DNA from: a virus
Reading direction: 5' to 3' (one strand)
DNA length: 64,000 nt
IMG/VR virus record: IMGVR_UViG_3300047564_003843
Span: 96,705-160,704 of that record
Made by a program: the position numbers and the translations under genes. Below the pieces are notes generated by a model. It worked only from the letters and a program-made list of their open reading frames with translations. It did no database searches and was not told the origin of the DNA. Position 1 is the stretch's first letter, and each line of letters begins with the position of its first letter. Of the stretch, positions 46,276-55,689 are shown one piece after another.

Positions 46276-49200
46276 TTAGCTGTCCTCCTTCAGAATGTCA
46301 ACGACATTTACTCCACTAACAATTTCATTATTTCCCTGGGTCAACTTTTCAATAAGCTTTTTTCTCACCGCTGGGCTCATGTTCACCACTGCAAGGTCAG
46401 CCCAAGATAGGTTCTTCTTAAACATAATCTGTGAAGCGTTATTCTTCATGTTATCCATTACGTCGAAGTTTTCCCCCTTAAGTTGCCCATACTGGTCTCC
46501 GCCCGTCGAGTAGTACCCTAATTTGCGGAAAAGCTTGGCAGCATCAAAATTCCATGTTGGACTCCCGCTGTTAGAACCATTTGATTTGCTGGAGTGTGAC
46601 CCGTAGGTGAAAACATAGTTCCCACCGTTAGCACGCAAGTCTTCGCTGGAGGACATACCTCCCATGTTTAGACCGTTGTCCCATCTCTGGCCTGTTGCCA
46701 AAATTCCACCTCGAAGAATCATTTTGTACAAAGCTTCTGCCTGACCATCTGAATCGGATGGAAAATCTTTCCCAGTAGTTTTGTGGTAGAAATATTTAAT
46801 TCCAGTAAAATCAGAAATCTTTTTTCCAACACTTTCTGGAAGTAGGTACTCGACTGTTCCAGTTGTGTCGAGCTTTACTTCGACATCATCTGCAGTTACG
46901 CCCCACTCTTGCTCGATCTGCTGTAGCTTCTGTTCACGTAGAATACCCTTGTAGTTTTTCTTACCCGTGGTGTGTTTTCCAAGTAGCCAAATAAGTTTGT
47001 TCTCTACAACACCTTTCACATCCTCTGGGCTTGCTGGTTTTACAGATTGAACACCGAAAACAGACATAGCATCAGCAATATCTTTTTCAGTAGCGTCTGC
47101 AGGAAGAAGTAGTTCTACGCGGTTGTGTAAACCAACTGTGTAGTTGCTGTATGAATAGTGTTTTGTAAAATCAACTTCACTATCATCGATATCTTTAGTG
47201 GCACGAATGAAGTTAAAAACACCTTTTCCTGCTTTACCTGTAATAGTCGTACCTTTTTCATATTTATCTACGGTACGACGCTTCGAGTCTTCACCGCCAG
47301 TCTTGAAAAACTTTCCTTGCTTAAGAAGACCGCTTTCGGGGTCTGTTTCCCACATTGTCATCTGAATAGCATCTGACTTTGTTGCTTCAGGATTATTAGA
47401 CAAAGCGGCAGCTACACCATTTCCTGCCCACGGGGTGAGTTTAAAAGTAACGCGAATATTTTCTTTATTGCCTTTTACTTTTACCTTTTGAACTTTAACT
47501 TCTAAGTCTTCAATTTCATCGGCGTCAACCAAAGCAGATACGCCATTAGTTGCAACTACTGCATTACCTTCTTTTACTTGAGATACAGCGGAAGCTAGTG
47601 AGGGTACAGCATCAGAAGATGAGCTGCTCCAATCTGCTGGTTTGTTTTCAGCGGGTGCTTGCTCAAATCCACCACCTTCAACCTCGAACTCTGCTTTAAG
47701 AGCCTTCTCCTGTGCTTCGATTTCGGCTTGCTTCTTTTTCTTAAGAAGTTCTTTTTCGTAAGCTTCAGCTTTATCCTTAGCTACTTGAAGAGCTTTTTTT
47801 AGATAAGAAGGGTCAACATCAATGTCAAGTTCTTTTGCCTGCTCGATGGTTAGGAACTTTTCACGGCTCCATACTTTGTCGTTTGGCAAAGTCTTGCTTT
47901 CACCTGCGAGCGGTCCATCAAAATATGAAATCTCAACGGTGTTATCTGATGGATTCAAGTTAGTGATTACACCGTGGCTAGCAAGGTCTTGGTCTCCAGC
48001 AGCTGGACTTGCGTTAGATGCAATCAAACCAGGAAACATATTCTTAGACTCTGGGTCTTTAAGGAACATGCCAGCAGGCTTAAATACATTCTTGTAGTCA
48101 GATTGACTCTGCGCACCGAAATATGTGTAATGCTCGACAGAGTTTTTTTCTTGAGCTTTCTTCAAAACATCTTTGAGAGTTTTTGCTCCGCTAATTGATT
48201 GTCCAGTGAAGTACGGGCTAGAACTTTCTCCTGTAGGTGCAGAAGAAGCTTCTGGTGTTGCTGGGACTTCTGCTGGTGCAGTTGTAGGAGTGGCAGGGGT
48301 TGCTGAATCAGGAGTTGAGTCAGTTTTTGGGGTTGGGTCGCCCCACTTCCACTCGCTATCGATTGGAGTAACGCTTAGAGAGCGAATTTTATTCTTTTCG
48401 CCATCTTCATACACAACGTTTAGGTAGTCGGTGTACACATACTTTCCGACCTTCCAATACAAACGCTTCTTTTTAATAACGGCAGTTTGACCAAATTTAG
48501 AGTGAGAAGGGTTGACAATTTTAACAGTCATACCTTCCTCAAGAACAGTTCCATCAGCAGCAATGTGAGCTTCTTTTTTAGTAGGGACTGATTCCTCGGA
48601 AGTCGGTAGTAGAGATTTGTCCGTCTCGGGTTTGGTCTTGCTCTTTAGATATTTAGGTTTGCTATTAGCATTGTAAATCTGGTCTGCAATAGAGTTCTTA
48701 AGAGCCTCACTTGAGTGGTTCTTCTTTGATAGGAAGTAAACCTTACTTGTGCCGTTTGCAAAAGTAATTCGGTGATATACCTCGAAGCTGTTGCTCTCGT
48801 TTCTGCGAACCACAACGTCGTAGCGGTCCTCTCCATGCATTACAGAATGGACAACAATGTGTCCATTTTCAAGAACACTGCCGTTGTAGTCTTCCTTTAC
48901 TGACTTCCAAATAAGTTCTGGGTCAGTAAGAGATGGATCAGACATAACCTTTTCAGCCTGTTCAACCGTAAGTGGGGTTGAAGCAAGCTCTGGGTCTTCT
49001 GGAGTAAGGTCTGTAATGTCTGCAGCTAGTTTTTCTTCAGCAGTTTCTAACTCTTCTGGTGCATCAACCGAAGAGAGTAAAGAATCAACTAGGTCTGGAT
49101 TCTGTGAACCTTCTTTTAGACCTTCAAGAGTTTCTTTTAGCTCATCGGTGGTGTTGGCTTTACCAAACACACCATCAACAACATCTGACAAGTCATCTAA

Positions 49201-52200
49201 AACTTTTTGCTTTTCTGCAGCAGGAAGTTCAGTTGGTTTTTCAACTGGTGTTCCTGGTGTTTCTAAGATTTCTGCTTCTGGTGCTGGTTTTGTTACAGAA
49301 CTTTCTGGAACGTTTGTTCCATCACCTTCTGCATCTTCCATCTTTCCAATGGTGAATGCCTTGATGACACCTGTGTTGTCTACAGTAATAACGTTGACGT
49401 TTCCGTTTTTGCCTTCTTTGATTTCCTGTGGCTTTACTAAACGGTCTTTTCCGTTATAGCTAAATAAAATCATGTCGCCGTTAGCAATTGCATCTTCAAT
49501 TTGAGCCTGCATGTCATCGGCAGTTGAAAGCTTACGAACTTTCTGCGTAGTTGAGACAGCTTCAGGTGCGTCTGCTGCAACTTCTTCAACACCAAGTTTT
49601 TGCATAAGGTTTGTACGACGTGCCTTTAGAAGGCTCTTAAGCATTTCTGCGGTCTCAGGGTCTTCAGGGAACGCTGCATCAACCAGTTCGTCAATCTTTT
49701 CTGGAGTGACGGCAGCAACCTTCTTACCAGATTCAGCGAGTTCGTCTGGAGTCATACCCGAGAAAATATCGGCAGCTTGTGGATTCGTATCAGAATCAAG
49801 CATGCTGTCAAGTTCAGTTACTTCTTCTCCAAAGTTTTCTTTGTTTTTACCCTGTGCACGGAATAGAAGTGAACCACCTGCATCAACACGGGTGACATTT
49901 CCTTCGCCGTCGGTAAGCATGTTGTCATACTCAAGACCTACTGCATCGTAGTTAGCAAGCCATGCATCAACAGCGAAATCTGCTTGAGCATTCTTTTTCA
50001 CTGTTTCATCATTCTTCTTGCTAGCAAGATCAGCTTTTGAACCGTCAATAACTGGAGAAACTAAAACAGTTTTTCCACTCTTGTCTACACCTAGATAAGC
50101 ACGACCGAACTTAACACCTGCAGCTTCGTATAATGCACCGCCAAGAACTTCATTCGCAGCGTGCTTGTCAGACTTTGGCTTCTTTACGTAGTACTGCTGA
50201 CCAGTTTGTGGGTCAGTGTAGAAAGCACCTTGGTTAGAACCACCTTGTCCACCTGACTTGACCCACTTGCTGGTGTCGAATGTTGTTGAAACATCTTCAG
50301 CAAATACGGTTTCAGTGGTAGTTGGCTTACCAGAGGTAGGAGCATCAAGATTTACAGAGTCAATAATTCCTGGGAATGAGTCAGCAAAGTCTGAGTGAAG
50401 TTTTCCTTCATCTGCCATCTTGGTAATTTGGTCAGCGGTGAACCAACCAACTGCAGTGTTCTCTCCATCCTTGCTGGAAAGGTCTTTGAATTGGTTTGGT
50501 CCTACTTCATAAACATCTGTCTCGTAGCCCCACTCTGCCCCAACCTTGTTAATGTCGGTGTAGATAGGTGTGAGGTTAGTGAGGTCACCACCAACTTCTT
50601 CCATAAACTCTTCTTTGGAAGTTGCTTGTGGAGTCTTCGCCATAAGTTGGTCTTTGTGAGCACCACCTGGGATGCCCCACTTGCCACCACCTTGGGATAG
50701 GCTTGAAGAACGCTTTGCTAAGAAGTACTCGTACTCTCCATCTGCATTCTTGCGACGTACCAAAGCACCAGCGGCACCATACTTACCCCAGAAGCGCTTG
50801 CCATCTGTGGTGAAGAAGTAGCCTTCTCCAGTCTCTTGATCATTTCCGCCGCCAAGTGGTGCAAAGAATGGAGTTTGTGGAGGTGTTAGCTCACCACTCT
50901 TTAGTTTCTGTACATCCTCAGACTTAATGTTTTCGGCATAGTAAACACCGTCGGTGCCTTGAGAAATCTTGTAACCCTCCCAAGTACCAGCGGACTCCTC
51001 CTTCTTTGGGGCCTCATCGGTTTCAAGTTGTGGTTGTTCTAGCTCTGGCTCTGGTTCTACTTCAGTAGTAGCAGAGTTACGTCTCCACAAACCGTACTTC
51101 GCATACTTAACCCAGCTGTTAATTTTTCCGTTCTCGGCGCTGTAAACGTTACCGTTTGCAAGCAGACGTCGATTAACAAAAACTTTTTTATCGTTTTCTG
51201 GGTCTGGCTCAATTGAGAGGACTTCCCAGTATCCGCCGTTTGGTGCAGCAATAAAGTCTCCTGCTTTCCACTCTTCAACAGGAACTGCACCTAGGTAGGT
51301 AACGTTTTCTGGGTCATTTACATAGTTGTTGGAAACAAATCCACCAAGGACAGACTCGATGTCTGGCTCTGTTGTAACGACTTCAGAGATAGTTGCAGAA
51401 GTTAGGTCATCTTTTGTTGGAAGCTCAGCTGGGACCTTCTCGATAAGAGAGTCAACAGTCTCCCCTTCGCCGCCCTTAGCAACAGTCTCAGCCATAATCT
51501 GGTCTGTTTCAACCTTAGACTTCTTAGCCTTACTAGCAAGGTAGTCTGCTACAGCTGCATCGTACTTAGCCTTTGCTGCATCAATGTCGAAATCTTCTAA
51601 AACTAGAGGATTCTTAGTTAACGCAGTTTCATCAAGCATTGCGTTGAGAATGTCTGGAAGAACTGAAACATCAGTTGCAGCGTCGTGCCAGTTGAGGTCT
51701 CCCTTCTCAGGGAAATACTTTGCGTAAACTTCAGCAAGCTTGTTTCCATCTCCAAGGAACTTTAACTTCTTTGCAAGTGGAAGTGTGTCAATAGTTCCAC
51801 CAATATTTACAGTCTCACCGATTTCTTCCATGTGGCGCTGAAGAATTGGGATATCAAAGTCACTGATGTTATGGCCCATGAGAATTACAGGCTCGTCACC
51901 AAGGTATTCCTTAATCTTGGCAAAAGCTTCACTAATAGATTGCTGCTTAGCGAGCCACTCATCAGAGATTGGGTTTCCTTCAGTGTCCTTGAGAATACCT
52001 TCTGAGTCAGCCTTCTTGTAGAAATCGCCTAGAGGTACTTCAGGATTCATCCAAAGAACTAGAGGCTCTTCTACAAGCTCGCCATTCTTAGTCTTTGTAA
52101 CTGCAACTTGAATTGGCTTTTGCTCGTTAAATACTTTTGTCTTGTTTGCAGCAGTTTCAAAATCAAAGCTGACAATAACTTCATTATTAAGAAGTTCCTT

Positions 52201-55200
52201 GAGCTTTGCTGGGTCTCCATTAGCTTCAGCAAGAATCGACTTGAGCTTCTCGCCGCCACCAAAGATTGGGTAAACAGGGCGAGATGGCTTTGGAGGAACT
52301 GCAGCTGTGGTTGTTTCTGGGTCAATTGGAGGTGTGAAAGCTGCACCAGACTCTGCTTTAGCTTTATCAAAAGCAGCCTTCTTAGAGTTGTAATCTGGGT
52401 CTGCATACTTTGGACGCTCTAGAGCTGGCTTGTCGCCAGGTGAAGGCAAGTCCTGAGTTCCACGCATAACTTTGATAAGAGTTCCTGCGTTCCAAGCCTT
52501 CTCCTGAGAGACGTGTCCTGGATAGAATCCCTTTAGTTTTGCCTGACCTGTTTCTGGGTCAATGCCGAGGTTCTCTTCAACAACAAAAAATTCGTAGTTT
52601 GGAGCGTCTTTCTCTTTCTTGAAAGTTATGTCTCCAGCTTTTACTTCAGCTGCAGGAACTTCAACAATGGCAACAGGGTTAGAAACAGGAACAGAAGAAA
52701 CAGTGTCTTCTTTACTGTGCCACTTGTCTAGACCTTCTGGCTCTTGCCACTTAGCTTTAGCCTCTGCCATCTGAGCGTTGTATTGGTCTAGAGCATCGAG
52801 GAACTTGCTGCGAGCTTCTCCATCTTTTGGAACAAAAACACCAAGGACCTTGTCCTTGTAAATCTTGCCTTCAGGGTCAAACTCTTTTGGCTTTGGCTTA
52901 GACAGCTCTGGCAAGTCTCCCTTTGCAGGAGGCTCGACGTTACGGAAAACAGAAATGTTTGTGTCTGCGTTCCACAATTTAGTCTTTTGTGTGACGTGAC
53001 CTGGATAGTAACCCTCAACCCAAACTGAACCCGGTTTTAGTGCCTCAGACTCTTCATCAGAAAATACGTTTTCAATCGTAAAGTTGTCACCAACAGTTAT
53101 ATCTCCTGGTTTGAGATCTCCTGCTTTTGATTCAACGATTGCAGGTCCGCTTGGTTCTCCAATATTGGCAACGGTTTCGGGTCCCGCTTCATCCGTCGCA
53201 ACTTGTTGCGGGGCTTCGGCAGGCGCTTCTTGCTCAGGGGTTGGTGTTCCTTCGGATGTTTCAGGTTCTTCTCCTTCCAGAGCGTCACTGATTTCTACAG
53301 GGGTTAGGTCTTCTTGACCAGCGATACCTTCTTCGTAAATGTCATTAAGAAGAGAATTAGTGTCTTCACCTTGTAGTTGAAGCGCATCGCGAATCGCTTC
53401 TGCTGGAACGTACCCATTGTAATCTTCGCCAGTATCAGTCTCTTGAGAAAGAATTCCATAACCATCGCCGCCTGGTTCCACAGCGCGACGCAACTCCTTC
53501 TTAAGTGCTTCAGTGTCGTAGTTATTTGCAATATCGATTGGGTCGAAATTAAATCCTTCTGGAGCATCCTCTGGAAGTGTGAATAGGTCTTTGTTAAAAG
53601 GCTCTGCGTCTAGGAAGCCGTAACCTTCTGGCAAATCAAAATCATCTTTATTTTTTGGAAGATGCTTGGCGTAATCGCCAGTTTTGGCATACTCGTCTTT
53701 TTCTGCATCAGACAATCCATCAAGCAGTGCAGGCAATTTTGCTGGGTCTGCATCAGCAGATGGCATTGGAGACTCTGGTAAGTCTTTGCCTAATTCATCT
53801 ACAACATCTTGAGGAACTTCAGGTGTAGCTTCTTCTTTCTTACCTGAAAGCTTGTTTTTAATCTTGTCGTAAATTTTTGCAAGAATGCTTTTAGAGTCTT
53901 CGCCCTTTTCATCAAGAGCATCTCTTAGAGCCTCAGCAGGTACAGACTCATCTCCTGCTTCAAATGGAAGCTGAGAAGTTCCGTCTCCATCAACAGCTTT
54001 TTCCAAAGCATCAGTAATTTCTGGAGTATCAAACTTTTGTGCGATTTCAGCAGGGTCATCTGTGTAGTCAGCAGACTCTACATCTGCATCGGCTCCCTGT
54101 GGTGTGTATGGAGCATCGTCCATCTTGTATGCGCCAGCAGGAACTTCAGATGCTTCAGTTCCAGGCTTAATTTTTGCAGAGGTTCCATCTGCATTACGAA
54201 CAACCTCACCAGTCTCAGCGTCAACAACTGTGCCATCTGGAAGAAGCATGTGGTCTTTGGTCGGGTCGAGTGGGAATGTTCCACCACTCTTCTCATAATC
54301 CTTAAGAGCCTTTTGATACTTCTTCTGGTCTTTCTTCAAATTCTTCTTTGAAGATTTAGGAACTAACTTGCCTTCAAGACCTTCAGCAGGTGTTGCCTCT
54401 GGGGCTTGTGGCTCAGAAGCTTCTTGACCTTCATCAAGCATCTTTGATGGGTCTGGTAGTTCGTTCTTCTCAAACTTTGGTTCATCCTGTGCAATGTAGT
54501 CCTGAACATCAGACCAACGCTGTACAGCAGCAAACGGGAACTTCTCGTTCTCTCCACGGCGAGATACAAAGTAGACAGGAAGATTTGGGTCTAGTGAGCC
54601 ATTCTTTCCAAGTCCTTCTGTAACAACGTTCTGACCTTCTCCTTCGCGCTGTTGTGCTGCTTCGAATTGGTCTTTAGCAAATGCGTTAGGGCTAGAAACT
54701 TTAATAACGTCGTATGCATCATCTGTGTACTTGGTTCCAAGGTCAATCTTGGTTCCGTAGTACTTCTGGTCGTCTTCGCTTGGAGACCAGCTTTCATCCT
54801 TGCTAAATCCTGCAGGAGCATCGAGCTTAATTAAATCTTTTTCATCAACAACTGGGTCACCAGTTTTTACCTTTGCAGGAGTCTTGCTATATCCATCTGG
54901 ATTTTGAGCAGACTTAAGAACTGCCTTGACACCTTCTGCAGACTTGGCTGGGACACGAACAAGGTCACCATTTGGCAACTCAATGTCAAAAGTATCGCTG
55001 TTCTCATCGGCAGCAACAGTCTTACCAGTTAGAGATTGAACAACACCATTTGCTTTACGAATCAAAGCACGAAGTGAACCGCCCATGAACGCAAAGCGAC
55101 CCTTACGGTCACGACGCTGTAGCAAAGCACGAGCGCGACGTGCAGCAGATGAGTTTCCATCACCTAGAGCTGCTAGAAGTGCGTAAGAAGGGACTGTGCC

Positions 55201-55689
55201 CTGTGGCAGTGACTGCAAGCGAGCGATTGAATACTCGTACTCAGCGGTAGCTGGGTGTGCAGTTAGAGCAGAAGCTAGAACAGAGCGAATCTCATCGTCT
55301 TGAATCTTTGGGTCGTCAACAATCCAGCGAGCGCGGTGGCGCATAAGGTCAGCAGTGCTCAACTCATGCTTGCGAGTAGAACGTGGGTGGGAGATTGGAA
55401 GTAGGTCTGTGTTATCTACAGTTCCAAAGAAAACTTTGTTGTATTGAGCAAGTTGGATGTAGTTGTTTAACTCTTTGATGGAGCGAATACGACGAAGAGA
55501 GTAAGACTCACCTTCATACTTTGTCAAAGAACGGTTTAGAACAGCAAGAGCAGCTCTACGAGTAACAATGCGAGAACCAGAAAACTTAGAGTTTGCTTCT
55601 TTAACTAGCTCAAGACCAGCATCAATAATTCGCTGGTTCTGCGCTTCATAAGAAATAACTGGTACTTGTATTTTGCTCTTGGCAGCCAT
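46276..55689 (-). CDS. Giant (3137 aa) polyvalent head-module protein: DEDDh exonuclease, Nudix, kinase-like, WYL-like, SH3-like and C-terminal ART-like domains
   Basis: SFDFET/GHNISDFD/WHDAATDV; WGKYGAAG/WGIPGG/EEFMEEVG; GGSNQG/YYVK/NEV/DAWLANYD/RVDAG; AI..G....FSY.G..R.V.P; YFYH/GGILA/YVF/QIMFK. Confidence 0.8.
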   Translation of the reverse strand: MAAKSKIQVPVISYEAQNQRIIDAGLELVKEANSKFSGSRIVTRRAALAVLNRSLTKYEGESYSLRRIRSIKELNNYIQLAQYNKVFFGTVDNTDLLPISHPRSTRKHELSTADLMRHRARWIVDDPKIQDDEIRSVLASALTAHPATAEYEYSIARLQSLPQGTVPSYALLAALGDGNSSAARRARALLQRRDRKGRFAFMGGSLRALIRKANGVVQSLTGKTVAADENSDTFDIELPNGDLVRVPAKSAEGVKAVLKSAQNPDGYSKTPAKVKTGDPVVDEKDLIKLDAPAGFSKDESWSPSEDDQKYYGTKIDLGTKYTDDAYDVIKVSSPNAFAKDQFEAAQQREGEGQNVVTEGLGKNGSLDPNLPVYFVSRRGENEKFPFAAVQRWSDVQDYIAQDEPKFEKNELPDPSKMLDEGQEASEPQAPEATPAEGLEGKLVPKSSKKNLKKDQKKYQKALKDYEKSGGTFPLDPTKDHMLLPDGTVVDAETGEVVRNADGTSAKIKPGTEASEVPAGAYKMDDAPYTPQGADADVESADYTDDPAEIAQKFDTPEITDALEKAVDGDGTSQLPFEAGDESVPAEALRDALDEKGEDSKSILAKIYDKIKNKLSGKKEEATPEVPQDVVDELGKDLPESPMPSADADPAKLPALLDGLSDAEKDEYAKTGDYAKHLPKNKDDFDLPEGYGFLDAEPFNKDLFTLPEDAPEGFNFDPIDIANNYDTEALKKELRRAVEPGGDGYGILSQETDTGEDYNGYVPAEAIRDALQLQGEDTNSLLNDIYEEGIAGQEDLTPVEISDALEGEEPETSEGTPTPEQEAPAEAPQQVATDEAGPETVANIGEPSGPAIVESKAGDLKPGDITVGDNFTIENVFSDEESEALKPGSVWVEGYYPGHVTQKTKLWNADTNISVFRNVEPPAKGDLPELSKPKPKEFDPEGKIYKDKVLGVFVPKDGEARSKFLDALDQYNAQMAEAKAKWQEPEGLDKWHSKEDTVSSVPVSNPVAIVEVPAAEVKAGDITFKKEKDAPNYEFFVVEENLGIDPETGQAKLKGFYPGHVSQEKAWNAGTLIKVMRGTQDLPSPGDKPALERPKYADPDYNSKKAAFDKAKAESGAAFTPPIDPETTTAAVPPKPSRPVYPIFGGGEKLKSILAEANGDPAKLKELLNNEVIVSFDFETAANKTKVFNEQKPIQVAVTKTKNGELVEEPLVLWMNPEVPLGDFYKKADSEGILKDTEGNPISDEWLAKQQSISEAFAKIKEYLGDEPVILMGHNISDFDIPILQRHMEEIGETVNIGGTIDTLPLAKKLKFLGDGNKLAEVYAKYFPEKGDLNWHDAATDVSVLPDILNAMLDETALTKNPLVLEDFDIDAAKAKYDAAVADYLASKAKKSKVETDQIMAETVAKGGEGETVDSLIEKVPAELPTKDDLTSATISEVVTTEPDIESVLGGFVSNNYVNDPENVTYLGAVPVEEWKAGDFIAAPNGGYWEVLSIEPDPENDKKVFVNRRLLANGNVYSAENGKINSWVKYAKYGLWRRNSATTEVEPEPELEQPQLETDEAPKKEESAGTWEGYKISQGTDGVYYAENIKSEDVQKLKSGELTPPQTPFFAPLGGGNDQETGEGYFFTTDGKRFWGKYGAAGALVRRKNADGEYEYFLAKRSSSLSQGGGKWGIPGGAHKDQLMAKTPQATSKEEFMEEVGGDLTNLTPIYTDINKVGAEWGYETDVYEVGPNQFKDLSSKDGENTAVGWFTADQITKMADEGKLHSDFADSFPGIIDSVNLDAPTSGKPTTTETVFAEDVSTTFDTSKWVKSGGQGGSNQGAFYTDPQTGQQYYVKKPKSDKHAANEVLGGALYEAAGVKFGRAYLGVDKSGKTVLVSPVIDGSKADLASKKNDETVKKNAQADFAVDAWLANYDAVGLEYDNMLTDGEGNVTRVDAGGSLLFRAQGKNKENFGEEVTELDSMLDSDTNPQAADIFSGMTPDELAESGKKVAAVTPEKIDELVDAAFPEDPETAEMLKSLLKARRTNLMQKLGVEEVAADAPEAVSTTQKVRKLSTADDMQAQIEDAIANGDMILFSYNGKDRLVKPQEIKEGKNGNVNVITVDNTGVIKAFTIGKMEDAEGDGTNVPESSVTKPAPEAEILETPGTPVEKPTELPAAEKQKVLDDLSDVVDGVFGKANTTDELKETLEGLKEGSQNPDLVDSLLSSVDAPEELETAEEKLAADITDLTPEDPELASTPLTVEQAEKVMSDPSLTDPELIWKSVKEDYNGSVLENGHIVVHSVMHGEDRYDVVVRRNESNSFEVYHRITFANGTSKVYFLSKKNHSSEALKNSIADQIYNANSKPKYLKSKTKPETDKSLLPTSEESVPTKKEAHIAADGTVLEEGMTVKIVNPSHSKFGQTAVIKKKRLYWKVGKYVYTDYLNVVYEDGEKNKIRSLSVTPIDSEWKWGDPTPKTDSTPDSATPATPTTAPAEVPATPEASSAPTGESSSPYFTGQSISGAKTLKDVLKKAQEKNSVEHYTYFGAQSQSDYKNVFKPAGMFLKDPESKNMFPGLIASNASPAAGDQDLASHGVITNLNPSDNTVEISYFDGPLAGESKTLPNDKVWSREKFLTIEQAKELDIDVDPSYLKKALQVAKDKAEAYEKELLKKKKQAEIEAQEKALKAEFEVEGGGFEQAPAENKPADWSSSSSDAVPSLASAVSQVKEGNAVVATNGVSALVDADEIEDLEVKVQKVKVKGNKENIRVTFKLTPWAGNGVAAALSNNPEATKSDAIQMTMWETDPESGLLKQGKFFKTGGEDSKRRTVDKYEKGTTITGKAGKGVFNFIRATKDIDDSEVDFTKHYSYSNYTVGLHNRVELLLPADATEKDIADAMSVFGVQSVKPASPEDVKGVVENKLIWLLGKHTTGKKNYKGILREQKLQQIEQEWGVTADDVEVKLDTTGTVEYLLPESVGKKISDFTGIKYFYHKTTGKDFPSDSDGQAEALYKMILRGGILATGQRWDNGLNMGGMSSSEDLRANGGNYVFTYGSHSSKSNGSNSGSPTWNFDAAKLFRKLGYYSTGGDQYGQLKGENFDVMDNMKNNASQIMFKKNLSWADLAVVNMSPAVRKKLIEKLTQGNNEIVSGVNVVDILKEDS

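Noticed and set aside
52400-53140. KAGDLKPGD / AAEVKAGD motifs suggesting an intein (Hint) in the giant protein
   Set aside because: No N-terminal Cys/Ser block, TxxH or HN-[CST] end; they belong to a repeated SH3-like module (G[YF]YPGHV.Q).
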